This document shows, in pieces, positions 36,301 through 48,637 of a stretch of DNA of 64,000 nucleotides. The DNA lies in contig CM119372.1 of NCBI GenBank assembly GCA_051294905.1, forward strand, positions 35,714,001 through 35,778,000. The letters run 5' to 3'. The position numbers were made by a program, and so were the translations under genes. The notes under the pieces were generated by a model. The model made no database searches and was not told the origin of the DNA. It worked only from the letters and a program-made list of their open reading frames with translations. The stretch's first letter is position 1; every line of letters starts with the position of its first letter. The stretch comes from Botryllus schlosseri. Taxonomy: Eukaryota.

Positions 36301-39297
36301 TTAAGGCAGGTATAGTATGAGGCGATTGCGAAAAACAGTAGCTCCAATCACAGGGTAGGGCGGTACGAAATTTGATTATTTATTTGCTACAAATTAACTC
36401 CCGAATTTTTGGTAGGTATCGATAAATTTTAAGGTTTTCTTCGCACCGCTCCCGAGTCAATATGACTTCATTTTCGATTTTAATATAGTTTGGCCCTTAG
36501 TGATTATATCCCTACATTACAGATACGGGCAGCAGAGGGAGATGATGCACGCCATATAGAAACACAAGTTGGACTCGTGTACCCCTCACTGCAACTACAA
36601 TCTTGATAGGAAACTCCAGGTCAGTGCAACTTCTGTATCCTGTTTGCCCCCTCAATAAATTATGTAGCAGACAACCAACACTTTAACCACACAAATCTAC
36701 GTTAACGAGTTATCTGACCCAAACACAACTCCAAAAGCGAACATTCAAACAGTACTAAAGAGTTGCGCAAACCTTCTCGCCCCCAACTAATACTATCGAG
36801 AAATATCTTTATTACTTATCTCTCTATTAACAGTATAGTTTGTCCTGCCACGCGATTTTTGGTTATTTCGTCGTGCAACACCTCTAAAATATTTTTTAGA
36901 CCCGTTATTGCAGTACCTTTTGTAAATAACATATATTAATAGGAATACGACAGACATGCATACTGACTTTGGATCAGTTCGCCATTTACGGTGTTCTGCG
37001 ACGTGCTGTGTTCATTGAAAATCATCATCTCTAGTTCTGCGATTTCTGATCCGATTGGCAGAGCCAGTTTGCTGGTAGTTGACGACAAGATCGCCGTGTC
37101 GTCCCTCGGATCAATTGTTGTTGGTCCAGATGTGCTATTTGCTGATGAAATTGAAGTGGTTATTTTGGTACTTACCTTTCGATCATGCTGTTGGGTTTGG
37201 CGATCCGGCCCGGTGATGAAGAGGTGCGTATTCGTCACATAGTACGGCTCTGTTTCGATTGTTCTTCCAGCCCGTTTTATTTCCATCACATCTACGCGGC
37301 GTTGCATTGATATTGTGCGTCGATGATTTACGCGCAATGGTTGCGTATAGGGCTTGGTTTTTAGGTTAATTTCGAACGTCTCTAGTAGTCGTTTCTAAGG
37401 CATTTTTTACACTTCATTTTTCGCACCAATAGTCCGTGCTCTCTTAGAAACCGTACGTAATCACCTACGTTGGGCAACGCTCCCGCTTGAATTGATCGCA
37501 ATACGTTGTATGTCCTTCCATGAACGCCTACGTAAGCTAAATGGTAGGGCATGTGCAGGTTTTCGCTTTTCGGGTATCTGCTGTTTCTTGTGGGGAAACG
37601 CCATTTTTTTTCAACAGCGCGTCGCTAGACGGTTCTCTCCTATCTGTTTCCGTGCTATGGTTAGGCAGGGCGTATAATTTACTTGCTCCATATGAGATCT
37701 AGTGAATTTAAAAACCTTCATTTCAACGTTCATGTACAGCACACATCTTATTAAAGTGAAACATTCACACTCCTATCGCACACCCACAATTCAGTGTTCC
37801 ACACTGGCGCCGTCTCTATTTACGGCGCTTACTACACTTGAACCAACATTTGTTACCACACTTCAAGTCACGGCTCACCGGCAAACCTCTCGCGGCACCT
37901 ACGTTAAAATCACTGTTGTCGTGAAATTCATGTGACCATCATATTAAAGTTACTTTTTTACGTTGGAAAACGCCATTGTGACGTCATGTTGATAAAAGTC
38001 GCTCGCAGCCCTTGCCCCACCACCCGATATTGTTACGAGCCGCCACTGTATTCGACCATGTTTTCCAGAAAAAGCAGTGTCGGACAAATCTTATCATGAA
38101 TTATTTTGATAAAGCCATATTTAATGCGTGTCTCGCTTATTGGCTACAGTACCCAACACAGTGATCTTGGATATGTAAAAACAATCGCAGGATTTTTTTC
38201 CAATAAATTCAATAAATAATACATACATATTAACAGATAGCTCTGGCCCCGTATGTCGACCCAAAATTTACCTTCAAGGGCAAAAATCTGTGTTACAGTA
38301 ACTTGCAACTGTGAGTCTGTAATGATGGTATTTACTACTATCCTCGTGCCTCGAAAATATGAAAATATGATGATTGTTTAGCAAAAGAAAGCAGAAAGTC
38401 ATTTTGACGCCATTATTCCAGCCTGTCGCAGGTGGCTCATGATGGGCTGATATACGGTATGTCTGCCCCTAAAGAGATTGCAGAGATCTCTATACTGCCA
38501 CTACACCAGCTTCCAAACCAGGCTTTTGATTACGTAATAATTATAGTGCAGGATTTGTGAGAGCTACGATGAGCGACGTGTCGTATCAAGTTTATACAAT
38601 TGCGTCGCAACTACAAATGTTACACTGATCTTAAAGTAAACAATTACGGTAATCATGATTTTCATTCGCCCTTGATCCAGATTTTCATTCGCACCGTTCG
38701 CACCACCTTCGTCATTCGCACTTGATCCGGATTTTCATTCGCACTATTCGCACCACCTTCGTCATTCGCACTGCAATTTTTTTCATTCGCACCAGTGCGA
38801 ACCGTCACACAGGTTGAAAAGCACTGGTGTATCACTTTTGACTCAAAAGACCCCCGCTTCCAGATAAATCCGAATCGCAATTTAACGTACCAAATCCCAA
38901 CGTCCTCGTTTTTAGTTAAATGCAGATTAAACGCCAGATTACGACCAAACAGATAGGCACATGTAAATGCCAATTCCGTTGTTTACGATTAAAGGTGTTT
39001 CTAGAATAGAAAGAATCCCATATGACCCGTAATATAATGTGATACGCAATTATGTATATGGGCTTGATAGTAAAGTATCCAAGTGATAAACAAGGGCATG
39101 GCATTTGAGTTAACATTTTGGAATCATGTGACCGGTCCGACCGGCAAGCGATCTGAAGGTTTGAATCCCGCCCGCGACTCAAGTTTAGTTTGACACACCT
39201 GATATAAATAAATGAATGGCTATACGAGTAAATATGGCATTTGATGAATATTACAGTTGCTGTCGATTACATATTGAGATGACAGGTATTGTTCATT

Positions 39298-40384
39298 TTA
39301 ATCGGTTTCGGCCCATGCAATTTTGACACCGGTCGAAGTAGTGGCGAGGTTGACAGTGGCCTCCCCATCGGCTGTTACTGGTGCCGGAGCATTGCTTGCA
39401 TACTTGAATAGCTTTCGCGCATCCTTTTTCAGTCGATTCGCCTCGTCTCTTATGTCATTGGAAGCATGGTAGTACAGAAACGGATTCAGGCATTCCGTAA
39501 AGCGTAGTATGCCACTGGGTATGACGAACAGCAGCCACATGGCGATATTCGCTATCTTGTGCCGTAGAGCTGTGAGTATTATCTTCGAAGTGTAGTCAAT
39601 GATGTAACTTATCAGGAATGTGATGACAATCGTTATAAGTTGTAGCAGTGCTTGCTCTTCTCTCTGCTTTGCAGCGGGACTTTGACTTACGGTAGTTACC
39701 GACCTTCTCTTGATTAGGAAACGAAGTGTTGCAATACCCAGGCCGATGATCGTGACAGTGGGCACGAAAATACCCAATGACAATGATATCAACGTGAGCA
39801 CCTGCCACCAGATCGTAAGTTTAAGATCCAATGCGCACATCAATCCTATTTCTCGCGTTATAACAATCGACTGAAACCACATCGGAATGGCTAACAACGT
39901 AAACGACAATAGCCATGAGCTCGCAACCAGGGAACGGCACATTTTGACACTCACTTCCCACTGTGTGCTGAAGGCATGAACGATGCCTCGATACCGGATG
40001 AGGGACAGCAGCATCACGTGTTGCACCGTCACCATCGTCGTTGCAATGTCCGCCATGCCTGCCAGACCGCATGTGAAAGCGGGCAATTCGTACTGCGTTC
40101 AGCGAAGGAATGTGTGTAGCCTACACCACAAAAGGATTGATACAGGACGACACCAAGTCGGAGAATGTCAGTCCGAGTATTATGGTAACGAAGACTGTTT
40201 GCTTCAATCTGAGCAAGATGGTTAACATCACGGTGTTGGTTATACCTCCGACGACGGTGAAAATTCCAAATGTGACTACCACGGTCATTTCACCGATTAC
40301 GCCATGCACAGGCTCGGTGATGATGATGTCTGAATTATTCAACTCCAACAACTCTGGCAATTTCTCTGCAGCTCCATCAGACAT
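39298..40384 (-). pseudogene. Intronless rhodopsin-like (class A) GPCR pseudogene, copy 1
   Basis: About seven hydrophobic segments, IRYRGIVH (DRY-like), CLNPFLYY (NPxxY); in-frame TAG at 40121-40123, a frameshift and a nearby TGA. Confidence 0.85.
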
Positions 40385-42104
40385 TGCTGATCTTGTGCGT
40401 TTGTCCCATTAAATATGCAACTACAGCTTGAAAACCCCTTTTGTCAACTTCGTGCCCATGCCTCGGTAGCAGTCCCGCACATACCCTTAGCAACTGGCAC
40501 CTAATATATTGCAGCAATTTATGAGTTCTGTAAGACGAGCTAGGCTATATTACAGATGATTACATGTCAGTGAGATGAACTGTGTCTCAAAAATGCCTCT
40601 TTGGGGTAATAGCCTATATAGATTGATTGCCGGACGCTGTATTGCAAAAGTGACAATCGTAGACCAACTGCCGTCATTATCTAAACACTAGAGCGTAGAT
40701 GCCTAATTGGTACTTTACCATGCAGAAATGTATTTTCGCACGGTACAAGGTAGTGCCTCTCACCTGTGTAATTGCGCGTTGTGTTTTCTCAATCGCCGGG
40801 GTGTTCCACTATTGCAGTGGCTCTTGGCCTTTTCTCTCCGCGGACCCCCTTTGGACACTCGTGGATCCCTGCGGACCCCCACATTTAACGTTCAAATTTA
40901 GCCCTATTATCGTTCGGCCGTCATCTTTCTGGTGTAAAAATTAATAGTCTAGGCTAGTTATAAACAGCACCTATAAATGATTTTTCTTGATAATAACATC
41001 ACACTATTCATCTAGAAATTGGGTAGACTTTTATTATTTCCAAGCGAATTTGACAGCTACATTACTTCAGCTCGTGTCTTGACATTTCGCGCCTTCGATA
41101 TGATACAAACGATTGCTGAAAATCCATTTCCACAAAAATAGGTGGTGGCGAATATAATAGTAACGGGCAGCGCTGCCAATGACACCTTTAAGTATGATCG
41201 CAAAATATGTATGGCAATGGCACCAAAATAGGGAAACCGATTTTAATGAACGTAAAACCTCCAGATCAGCCTAGTCATAGCAGGTCATCTTGAAGTTATT
41301 CTGGAATAGCGGTCATGTGTATCACAGGAGAATATGGATTTTTAAATATTTCGAAGTCACATGTCAGCCTGATCGACCTTACATACTATCTATTGCACGG
41401 GTCGGCAACCTTTTTTGTTGAAAAAGCCATATTGGCCCCATTTTTCCGTTTTAACTTCAAAAGAGCCACACATGACAATCAAATGTTACGTCACAATTGA
41501 AAATTCGTAGCGTCACGGTAGCACTAATTTGAACTCGCAAAAGAGGATTCGCTGTCTGCGCCACATTTTCTCTGTAAAAACTGGTATTTATTGTTCGAAA
41601 ATAAAGCTCAAAACGAGAGGTATAAGTCACAGACGGACCAAACCTTACCATCAATAACGCAATTCATGGTAAATACACTTAAATTCATTATACCTGATAT
41701 TAATCGAATGTAACTGTCACACTGATGCCGAAAATCTAAATACTTCACAATTCTCAAATTATTCGGCGGTAACATAACGTTGCGCAAAGCGCATATATGT
41801 TATCTCCAGTACTACAGAGCTACTTACCAATAAAGAACGTGGATATAGCGATGGCGATGTTTGGAATTATAGTTTATAATTGTGAATGTCACGTGCACGG
41901 TAGTTCATTTCGCGCCATAGATCAGTAAGGCAATGTGTATTTGAATATATGTGAGTCATTTATACCGATGTTGGGAAACGAATTCACTGGAAACAAAATG
42001 AAATACTACTGCGGTTATATCAACGCTAAGCATCGCCGCCAGACACCGTGATAAGCACCGGTAAATAACATAATTATAGATTTCTTTTTTCGCTTATCAC
42101 GCCT

Positions 42105-45100
42105 TCGTGAATGAATTTTGTCGATAATATTGGCCGTTGCATAGCATATATTTCGAAGGGTACGCACGCAGTTGAAAAACGTATGACAGCTCCCGCCGTA
42201 CACTCTCGTACACCCCACGACTCTCTATACCTCGAAGAAGAAGCGATGATTCCGCAAGTGATGACTTCAAATTTCCATGTGAGGGGCTTGTACAAGGTTT
42301 TGTCCTATCACTTCGTCGACGTCTCGTTGTGCCAGATCGATTAGATCGATGCCGAACTGAGGAAACTGGTGCGCCATTGTAGAAGGTTGAGGCTGGTGTT
42401 AATCGGGTAAATCCAAATACACAGTTACTGAACACATGTTTAATATTGCAGTTCATCTAGTAAACAATGTTCGCGTTACCAATGAATAACGTCATCATAT
42501 ATGCATAATTTCGAGAACATTGTAGCCGCGTCAATTAGCTTCGACGAATAAATATCCCCAAAAGCTATAAATCATATAAATCAGGGTTGTCAAACATACG
42601 GCTCACGTGCTGCATCCGGCCCGTGAAATAATTCGGAATAGATTCTGAAATGCTAGTATTATCTAGCACATTTCTAACGAAAGTTGAGAGTTTTACAGAG
42701 AAATACTTCCATTGAAGAATACCCCATGACGACAAATGCAATGAAAGTATGCACAAAAACCACCATAACCATCTTCTAGTGAGATATTGGTTCCACTCTA
42801 ATCATCATTAGGCACAAGACGAGAAGACAAAAACGTGCGCACTGAGTTCACAGTTGTAAGGGAAAATGAACCAAAAAATAGTTATTCAGAGAATCAAATG
42901 CGCCAATGCCAAATCGTTATATTCAGGTGTCCAATGTACATGGAGAATTTAATGCAAGGTTTCTTAAAGTATGGGTCTGTAAATTTGGGTCGCTCTCGGC
43001 CCAGAGCACTTGGTAAATTTTTTGCCACAATGAAAAAATCTCGTCCTTCGCGTTGTCTCCTGGGCATAGCTTGTTTATGTACAATGATGGTCCATACACT
43101 ATTTACATCGCGATCCAATTCTAAACTTTATTGTGATCTTGCGACCTAAGCCACAACCATCGAAATAATGCATTTCTAATGTTAGTATGCTACGTTATTA
43201 CAGGCATCATCGACATGTATGAACTAGAGAAGGTGCCGCCAATCACCGGTACGCAACCCAGTTCTATGAAACATGTGCGATGCACGCGATTAAAAATAAG
43301 GGTGTATCATTTTCCTCGCGTGCCGCATTTGTACTGATGGCTCAGATTACAAGGACGACACTATTCGCTATATGTCAGAGGTCCCTAACACAACTTGCGC
43401 CGCGGGCCGGATTCAATCCTTCAAATCGCTCGCGGGTCGGACTAGTCAAATGATTCTAAAATGTTACCTCAAAATCCATGCCTGGGTTTTTTTCCTTGAA
43501 TACCAAATTAACCAGACCATACACGTGATATTATATCACATTATGTTACCAAGGGGCTCTATTCTAGCAACGCCTTTATTTGCAAACAATTGAATTGACA
43601 AAAGCAGGATGATTTTCCGGTTGGACACACTTACAAATCCCTAAAACAGTGACTCTAGCGACGCTATGAATTTGCATATTTCTTTGCTTCCTTCGTCGTA
43701 ATCTGGCGTTCGCCCTGGATATGCGTTGTGCGGAATGCAAGAGATTCAACTGTAACCGCGAACGTTGGAATTTGATTCATCAGAATTAAAGATTCGGGTT
43801 TTCGTGGACGCCCGGGATCCTTTGAGTCAAACCGGATACAGCTGTGTGACATCAAATATTTTATTACTATTTTATTCTCCATGTAACCTGCGTATAACGG
43901 CTTTGCATTGGTGTTTTGGTTTCTGCGAAGAAGTACTTTTAGTCCATTTTCTGCAAAAACCTCTGACCTCAGCGTGCACATTTTGTCTTTCGTGAATTGG
44001 ATGTCAATGCCAGCGACTTGGTACCTAATGGGGACTACAGAGAGTGAAATCATAACATCTCTGTTGGGTGGCTATAATGCGACATTTTCTGTCTTGAGGG
44101 ATTAATTGATGGAAATATTTCTTCCTAAATATCTAAGCATTTGTTGGATATGGGCTTCATAATTACCGGTATTTTTTTTGCGTTTTCCCGAAATTGCGTT
44201 GCGGACCAGATCAAATCGTCTTATGGCGGAACGGATGCGGCCCACGGGCCGTTAATTTGACACCCGTTCTATATATAGACCATTGCGAAGACTGGACAAT
44301 GGACATATCAATATCTGCTAGCCAATCAGCGACGGTAATTTTTCGCCAACGTTTTAGCGCAGCCAATGATGACACTGAACTTTCTCTGGCCGCATGCTTG
44401 TCATAACCTCATGTCCTCAAGTGACCAGAGCGGAAAGGGTTTACCCGAAATATTTGTGTTTAGTAATCACGCACCCCCACGTTGCACTCCCCAGACTAAA
44501 GCTTCCTGGCCAGCTCTGACACCGTTAAGCGAAATTAGAAATAGTCTGTTCTTTCACAATTACAAATACCGTTAGATTCTATTATTATCCTAGCAAGTTA
44601 CAGTTTTCCAGAAAAGTCACTGTCAGGCAAATCCTATCATGACATCAAACCAATTTGGGTAATACAAAGGTCGGCAGATGTTCATGATCAAGCGATATTT
44701 TCGTAACCGCGTTTCTGCGTGTATGGTATATTGGCTATAGTGCCCAACAGAGGGCTTCTGGATATGCTAAACAAAACCGATGGGATCGCGCTAAGCGCGC
44801 AGGAATGTATTTTGTTGCACGAAATTCAGAAAGTATTACATACATATTGAAATATTTGTCTGGTGCGGCGCGACTTGTGGCCCAAATCTATACCCTTCGT
44901 GACAAATACTTTAATTACCGTACATATATGGACAGGGTCACTGTGCTCGGTAGTGGGTAGTATGTCTGATTAGCGAGACAAGTAGAAAAGTGGGTACTAC
45001 AATGGCCTGATCGTGAATATATACCGACCTTTGGTTTGGAACAAATTGGTTTGAAGTAATACCAATATTCGTCTGACATTTGTTTTCCTCGAAAGGTAAA

Positions 45101-46740
45101 AGGAGGAAACGAGCGTGACCGTAACTGCCGTATCCTATATTGTTCTTGTTTTAATTAACAGAAATGAATCAACTTTAATTGCAATTGTGCAGGAACATTC
45201 TATCCCTAGTATCGCTTAACGCAACTGGAGACCGTTCGGGTGCTTTAGTTTGGGGGTTTGAAAGGCATTACGTGGCCCCCCTTTCCGCCCGCGTCGGGAC
45301 ACATTAAGACATGAAGTTTTGGCAAAAATTCGGTGCCAACAACATCGGATCAATGCGATAAAACCTTCGCTGGATGGCCAAAACCTCTAATATTGAAAAG
45401 TCCAGTCTTCGAAATGGTCGGCACTTGCAATCTGAGCCCAGCAGTACAAATGTGACCCACGTAGGAAGATAATACTCCGATTTGTAATCGGGTCCGTCAC
45501 ACATGAGTCCTAGAAGTGCACTGCATCCAACTGGTTGTCTCAGCTTTCTCTATTTCCTAGATGCCCGCAAATACGTAACATTCTGACATTAAAAACGATT
45601 CAATGTCGATGCTTGAGGCTTGGGTCGCGAGATGAAATAAAACTCATCTTCGGGTCACGGTCCAAAAAGTGTGAGAACGCTGGTGTATTAGTTACTTAAA
45701 AATATATTCAAATACAGTCGATTCGAATTCAGCTCCGCTTTCATTTGACCGAATTCAGCGGGGAAACGGCTTCGATCGAAATAAGAGTAAAGAAATCATT
45801 TTTTCGGTACATATGGTCATGCGTAAAGTCAGGCAAGATGATAGAAATTAAAGTTAGGTTGCGTATTTAATGAATTGCAGATGCGCAATGCTGCAGTAAT
45901 GAGCACGGACTGCATAAAACGCTCAAGACATAAGCAGACAAGCATCCGAATTAACCGGAGTCGACTAATCTGTAATCGCACTAGTGTATCACTTTTGACT
46001 CAAAAGACCCCCGTTTCCAGATGAATCTGAATCGCAATTTACCGTCTTTCCAAATTTCAACGTCATCGTTTACAGTTAAACGTAACGCTAGATTACGGTC
46101 AAACAAATGGGCACATGGAAATGCCAATTCCGTTGTTTGCGAATAAAGGTGTTTCTAGAATAGAAAGAATCCCATAGGATCCGTAACATAATGTGATATA
46201 CAATTATGTATACAGGCTTGATATTAAAGTATCCAAGTGATAAACAAGGGCATGGGATTTGAGATGACATTTTGGAATCATGTGACCGATCCGACCCGCA
46301 AGCGATCTCAAGGTTTGAATCCCGCCCGAGACTTAAGTTTAGTTTGACACACCTGATATATATAACTAAATGAATGGCTATATACTAGGGAATATGACAT
46401 TTGATGAATATTACAGTTGCTGGCGATTACATATTCAGATGACGGGTATTGTTCACTTTTAATCTGTTTCGGCCCATGCATTTTGATGCCGGTCGAAGTA
46501 GTGGCGCGGTTGGCAGTGGCCTCCCCATCGGCTGTTACTGGTGCCGGAGAATTCCTTGCACACTTGAATAGCTTTTGCACATCCTTATTCAGGCGATTCG
46601 CCTCGTCTCTTATGTCACTGGAAGCATGGTGGTACAGAAACGGATTCGGGCATTCCGTAAAGCGTACTATGCCACTAGGTATGACGAACAGCAACCAGAG
46701 GACGATATTTCCCATCTTTTACCGCCGAACTGAAAGCATT
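42105..46740. repeat. Segmental duplicate of about 5280-9032 plus 38827-39570 (GPCR downstream flank)
   Basis: Colinear similarity 42105-43370 versus 5281-7720, 45600-45985 versus 8645-9030, and 45984-46740 versus 38827-39580. Confidence 0.85.
46459..46740 (-). pseudogene. GPCR copy 2, C-terminal part (TM7 and tail)
   Basis: WLLFVIPSGIVRFTECPNPFLY, close to copy 1; separated from its N-terminal part by a Gypsy insertion. Confidence 0.85.
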
Positions 46741-47115
46741 TGTTATGTTCTTGATCTTGTTTGAACAATAACTCAATACGACGAAGTTGCAGTATGAAAT
46801 CAGTATGTTATACAGCAGAATAACTTACGACAGGCGACACGATCCAGAGTGCAGTTAAACGAAAAGCCAGAAGACGACAGAACACAGGGTATAAATACAG
46901 GCGCGACACACGAGGAAATAATGATTGGCTGTAATTACTAATCCTATAGAAAGAAAGAGTTGTACGACTCTAAAACTTAAATGCACTAACATAACAGTCC
47001 TCCCCAGTAAGTCGAGAGGGTTGTCCAGATTTACGTAGGTTTGTAGAAATCGGTTGGCTTTCTATGTCTACGCGGATAACGTCTACCCAACGTAGGAACA
47101 GGACTAGATCTAGAA

Positions 47116-48350
47116 CAGGGGTTCTCAAAGGGTGGGCCATGCCCCACTGGTGGGCCAAGGAGCATTTTGAGGTGGGCCACGGGGCTATTTAGACAATTTT
47201 AGAATTAATGCAAGTTTAGTTTTATTAGTTATGTTAAACGCTAGAAATATATTCATAAACTTATCGTCCGACTTTGATGAGACGTAGTGGCACGCACGGA
47301 GTCAGCATGTACCAGTCGAAAACGGGAGGGGCAAATTGCGGCTTTTTCCACTGGCTATGACAACCTACAGCTAACAGCAAGCAACTAAAGTAATTTCGAG
47401 TATATGATACCTGGAAGGTAATGCTGAAGTAACCGAGTATTCCGACAGGGTCAAATGTCGTATGATGTGGAAAGGGGGTGCAATAAACTCGGAATATAGT
47501 GTATTTGATGAATAGATTTACTGTACTTCGGCAGGTCGTATTATTGTAAGACAAACATAGCCTTAATTAAAAATTATTAGCAACTTCTGGTGAAGGTACA
47601 CTGCACCAGGGCAACGAATCGTAATGGATTGAGGATTTAGCGGAGCGCATATAAATCGTTGGAGTCGGTTTAAAATGTCCGGCCTGGAAATCATTGAACA
47701 TAATGTAAGATCACATGAATTGATTGTATCATTGGATTGAATATTCTGACATTGCAACTTCAGTTGGTTTGGTACAAGACATACAATGTGCATTGTACAG
47801 CATGCATATTAAAAAACTCTTTCCCCACTTCTCTGTAGTAGTAGTAGCTCCCCATTTATTAATGAATTGTTTGAAGCTGGTCCAGAATGATTATATTTTC
47901 CCCACAATAGTGGAACTAAAACCCTAATCACAAAGTGGATGCGGTAATTTCATCATTGTGTTTCGCGACGCGAATGGAGCAGCGGACGATCATAATATAC
48001 ACAGGAGTTTTAGCCTATGATCTACGAGAGCAGCAGTAACTGCCGCACCAAACCCTCAATCGGGGGAGCTCGAAGGAGCCCAAGATTATGTCGTTGGTCG
48101 TTTATTGAGGATATCTATTCAACACGGAAATTTTCGTCGCGCTTTGCGCGATTTCATGTCCCTAGAGCTGTAGATATAAATATTATCAGTAAATTAAGAG
48201 AAAAATGCGCATATTTTAGATAAATAGGCATATCGTCGCCGTCGACTACCACGCATTGAACAGGATTAAGAATCTAAGATAAGAGGTGGGCCACAACACA
48301 TTTTCAAACCGGAAAATGGGCCACGGCCAAGAAAGGGCTGGGAACCCCTG
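47116..48350. mobile_element. hAT MITE inside the Gypsy element
   Basis: CAGGGGTTCTCA/TGGGAACCCCTG; perfect TSD ATCTAGAA (47108-47115, 48351-48358); TGGGCCA motifs. Confidence 0.9.
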
Positions 48351-48637
48351 ATCTAGAACGTTGTGCCCTATTTCTAACCAATGGTTGCTCAATTTGTGGT
48401 TGCTGAGGTCGAGCAACTTCCTGTGTGGCTATATTATTGCCAGCTGAAATCAAGCGTGGTTGGAGTTGGTTTTTGTGCCTCCTCCAATACCAATGATCTG
48501 TTTTTATAATGTAGCTCTACACAACACGTCCCAGTATTTCCGTCACCACGCCATCAACCCACTTTGGTCCGCTTCGGTAACTGCGAACGTAAACCGAGGA
48601 ACCAATCTCGAAATGTGTGACTGCCGACCGTGTAGAA

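Larger units (their letters stand above)
14505..37851 (-). mobile_element. Large retroelement-containing insert (gag-pro, accessory ORFs, repeat arrays); no LTRs detected
   Basis: Empty site CGCAGTTACCACAC in copy 1 (about 4421-4434); filled site flanked by GTTGCC (14499-14504) and GTTACC (37852-37857); all convincing ORFs are on the minus strand. Confidence 0.7.
12693..38048. mobile_element. Non-autonomous hAT element, family B copy 2, split by a 23.3 kb insert
   Basis: Same TIRs as 1085-4628; perfect TSD TATTCGAC (12685-12692, 38049-38056); homology to copy 1 stops at 14501 and resumes at 37852. Confidence 0.92.
11516..38826. mobile_element. Non-autonomous hAT element A, the outer shell of the nest
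   Basis: TIRs CAGTGCTTTTCAACCT/AGGTTGAAAAGCACTG; perfect TSD GTGTATCA (11508-11515, 38827-38834); empty site CTAGTGTATCACTTTTGACTC at about 45981; TTCATTCGCAC subterminal repeats at 38680-38795. Confidence 0.92.

Noticed and set aside
25100..36900. Numerous 60-115 aa ORFs
   Set aside because: No recognisable domains; consistent with random ORFs in non-coding and MITE DNA, though small spliced exons cannot be excluded
36936..37337. 133-aa minus-strand ORF near the insert's right end
   Set aside because: No recognisable motif, low complexity, non-ATG start; could be an exon but unsupported
37805..37813. TGGCGCCGT as a primer-binding site
   Set aside because: Wrong strand relative to gag and no adjacent LTR
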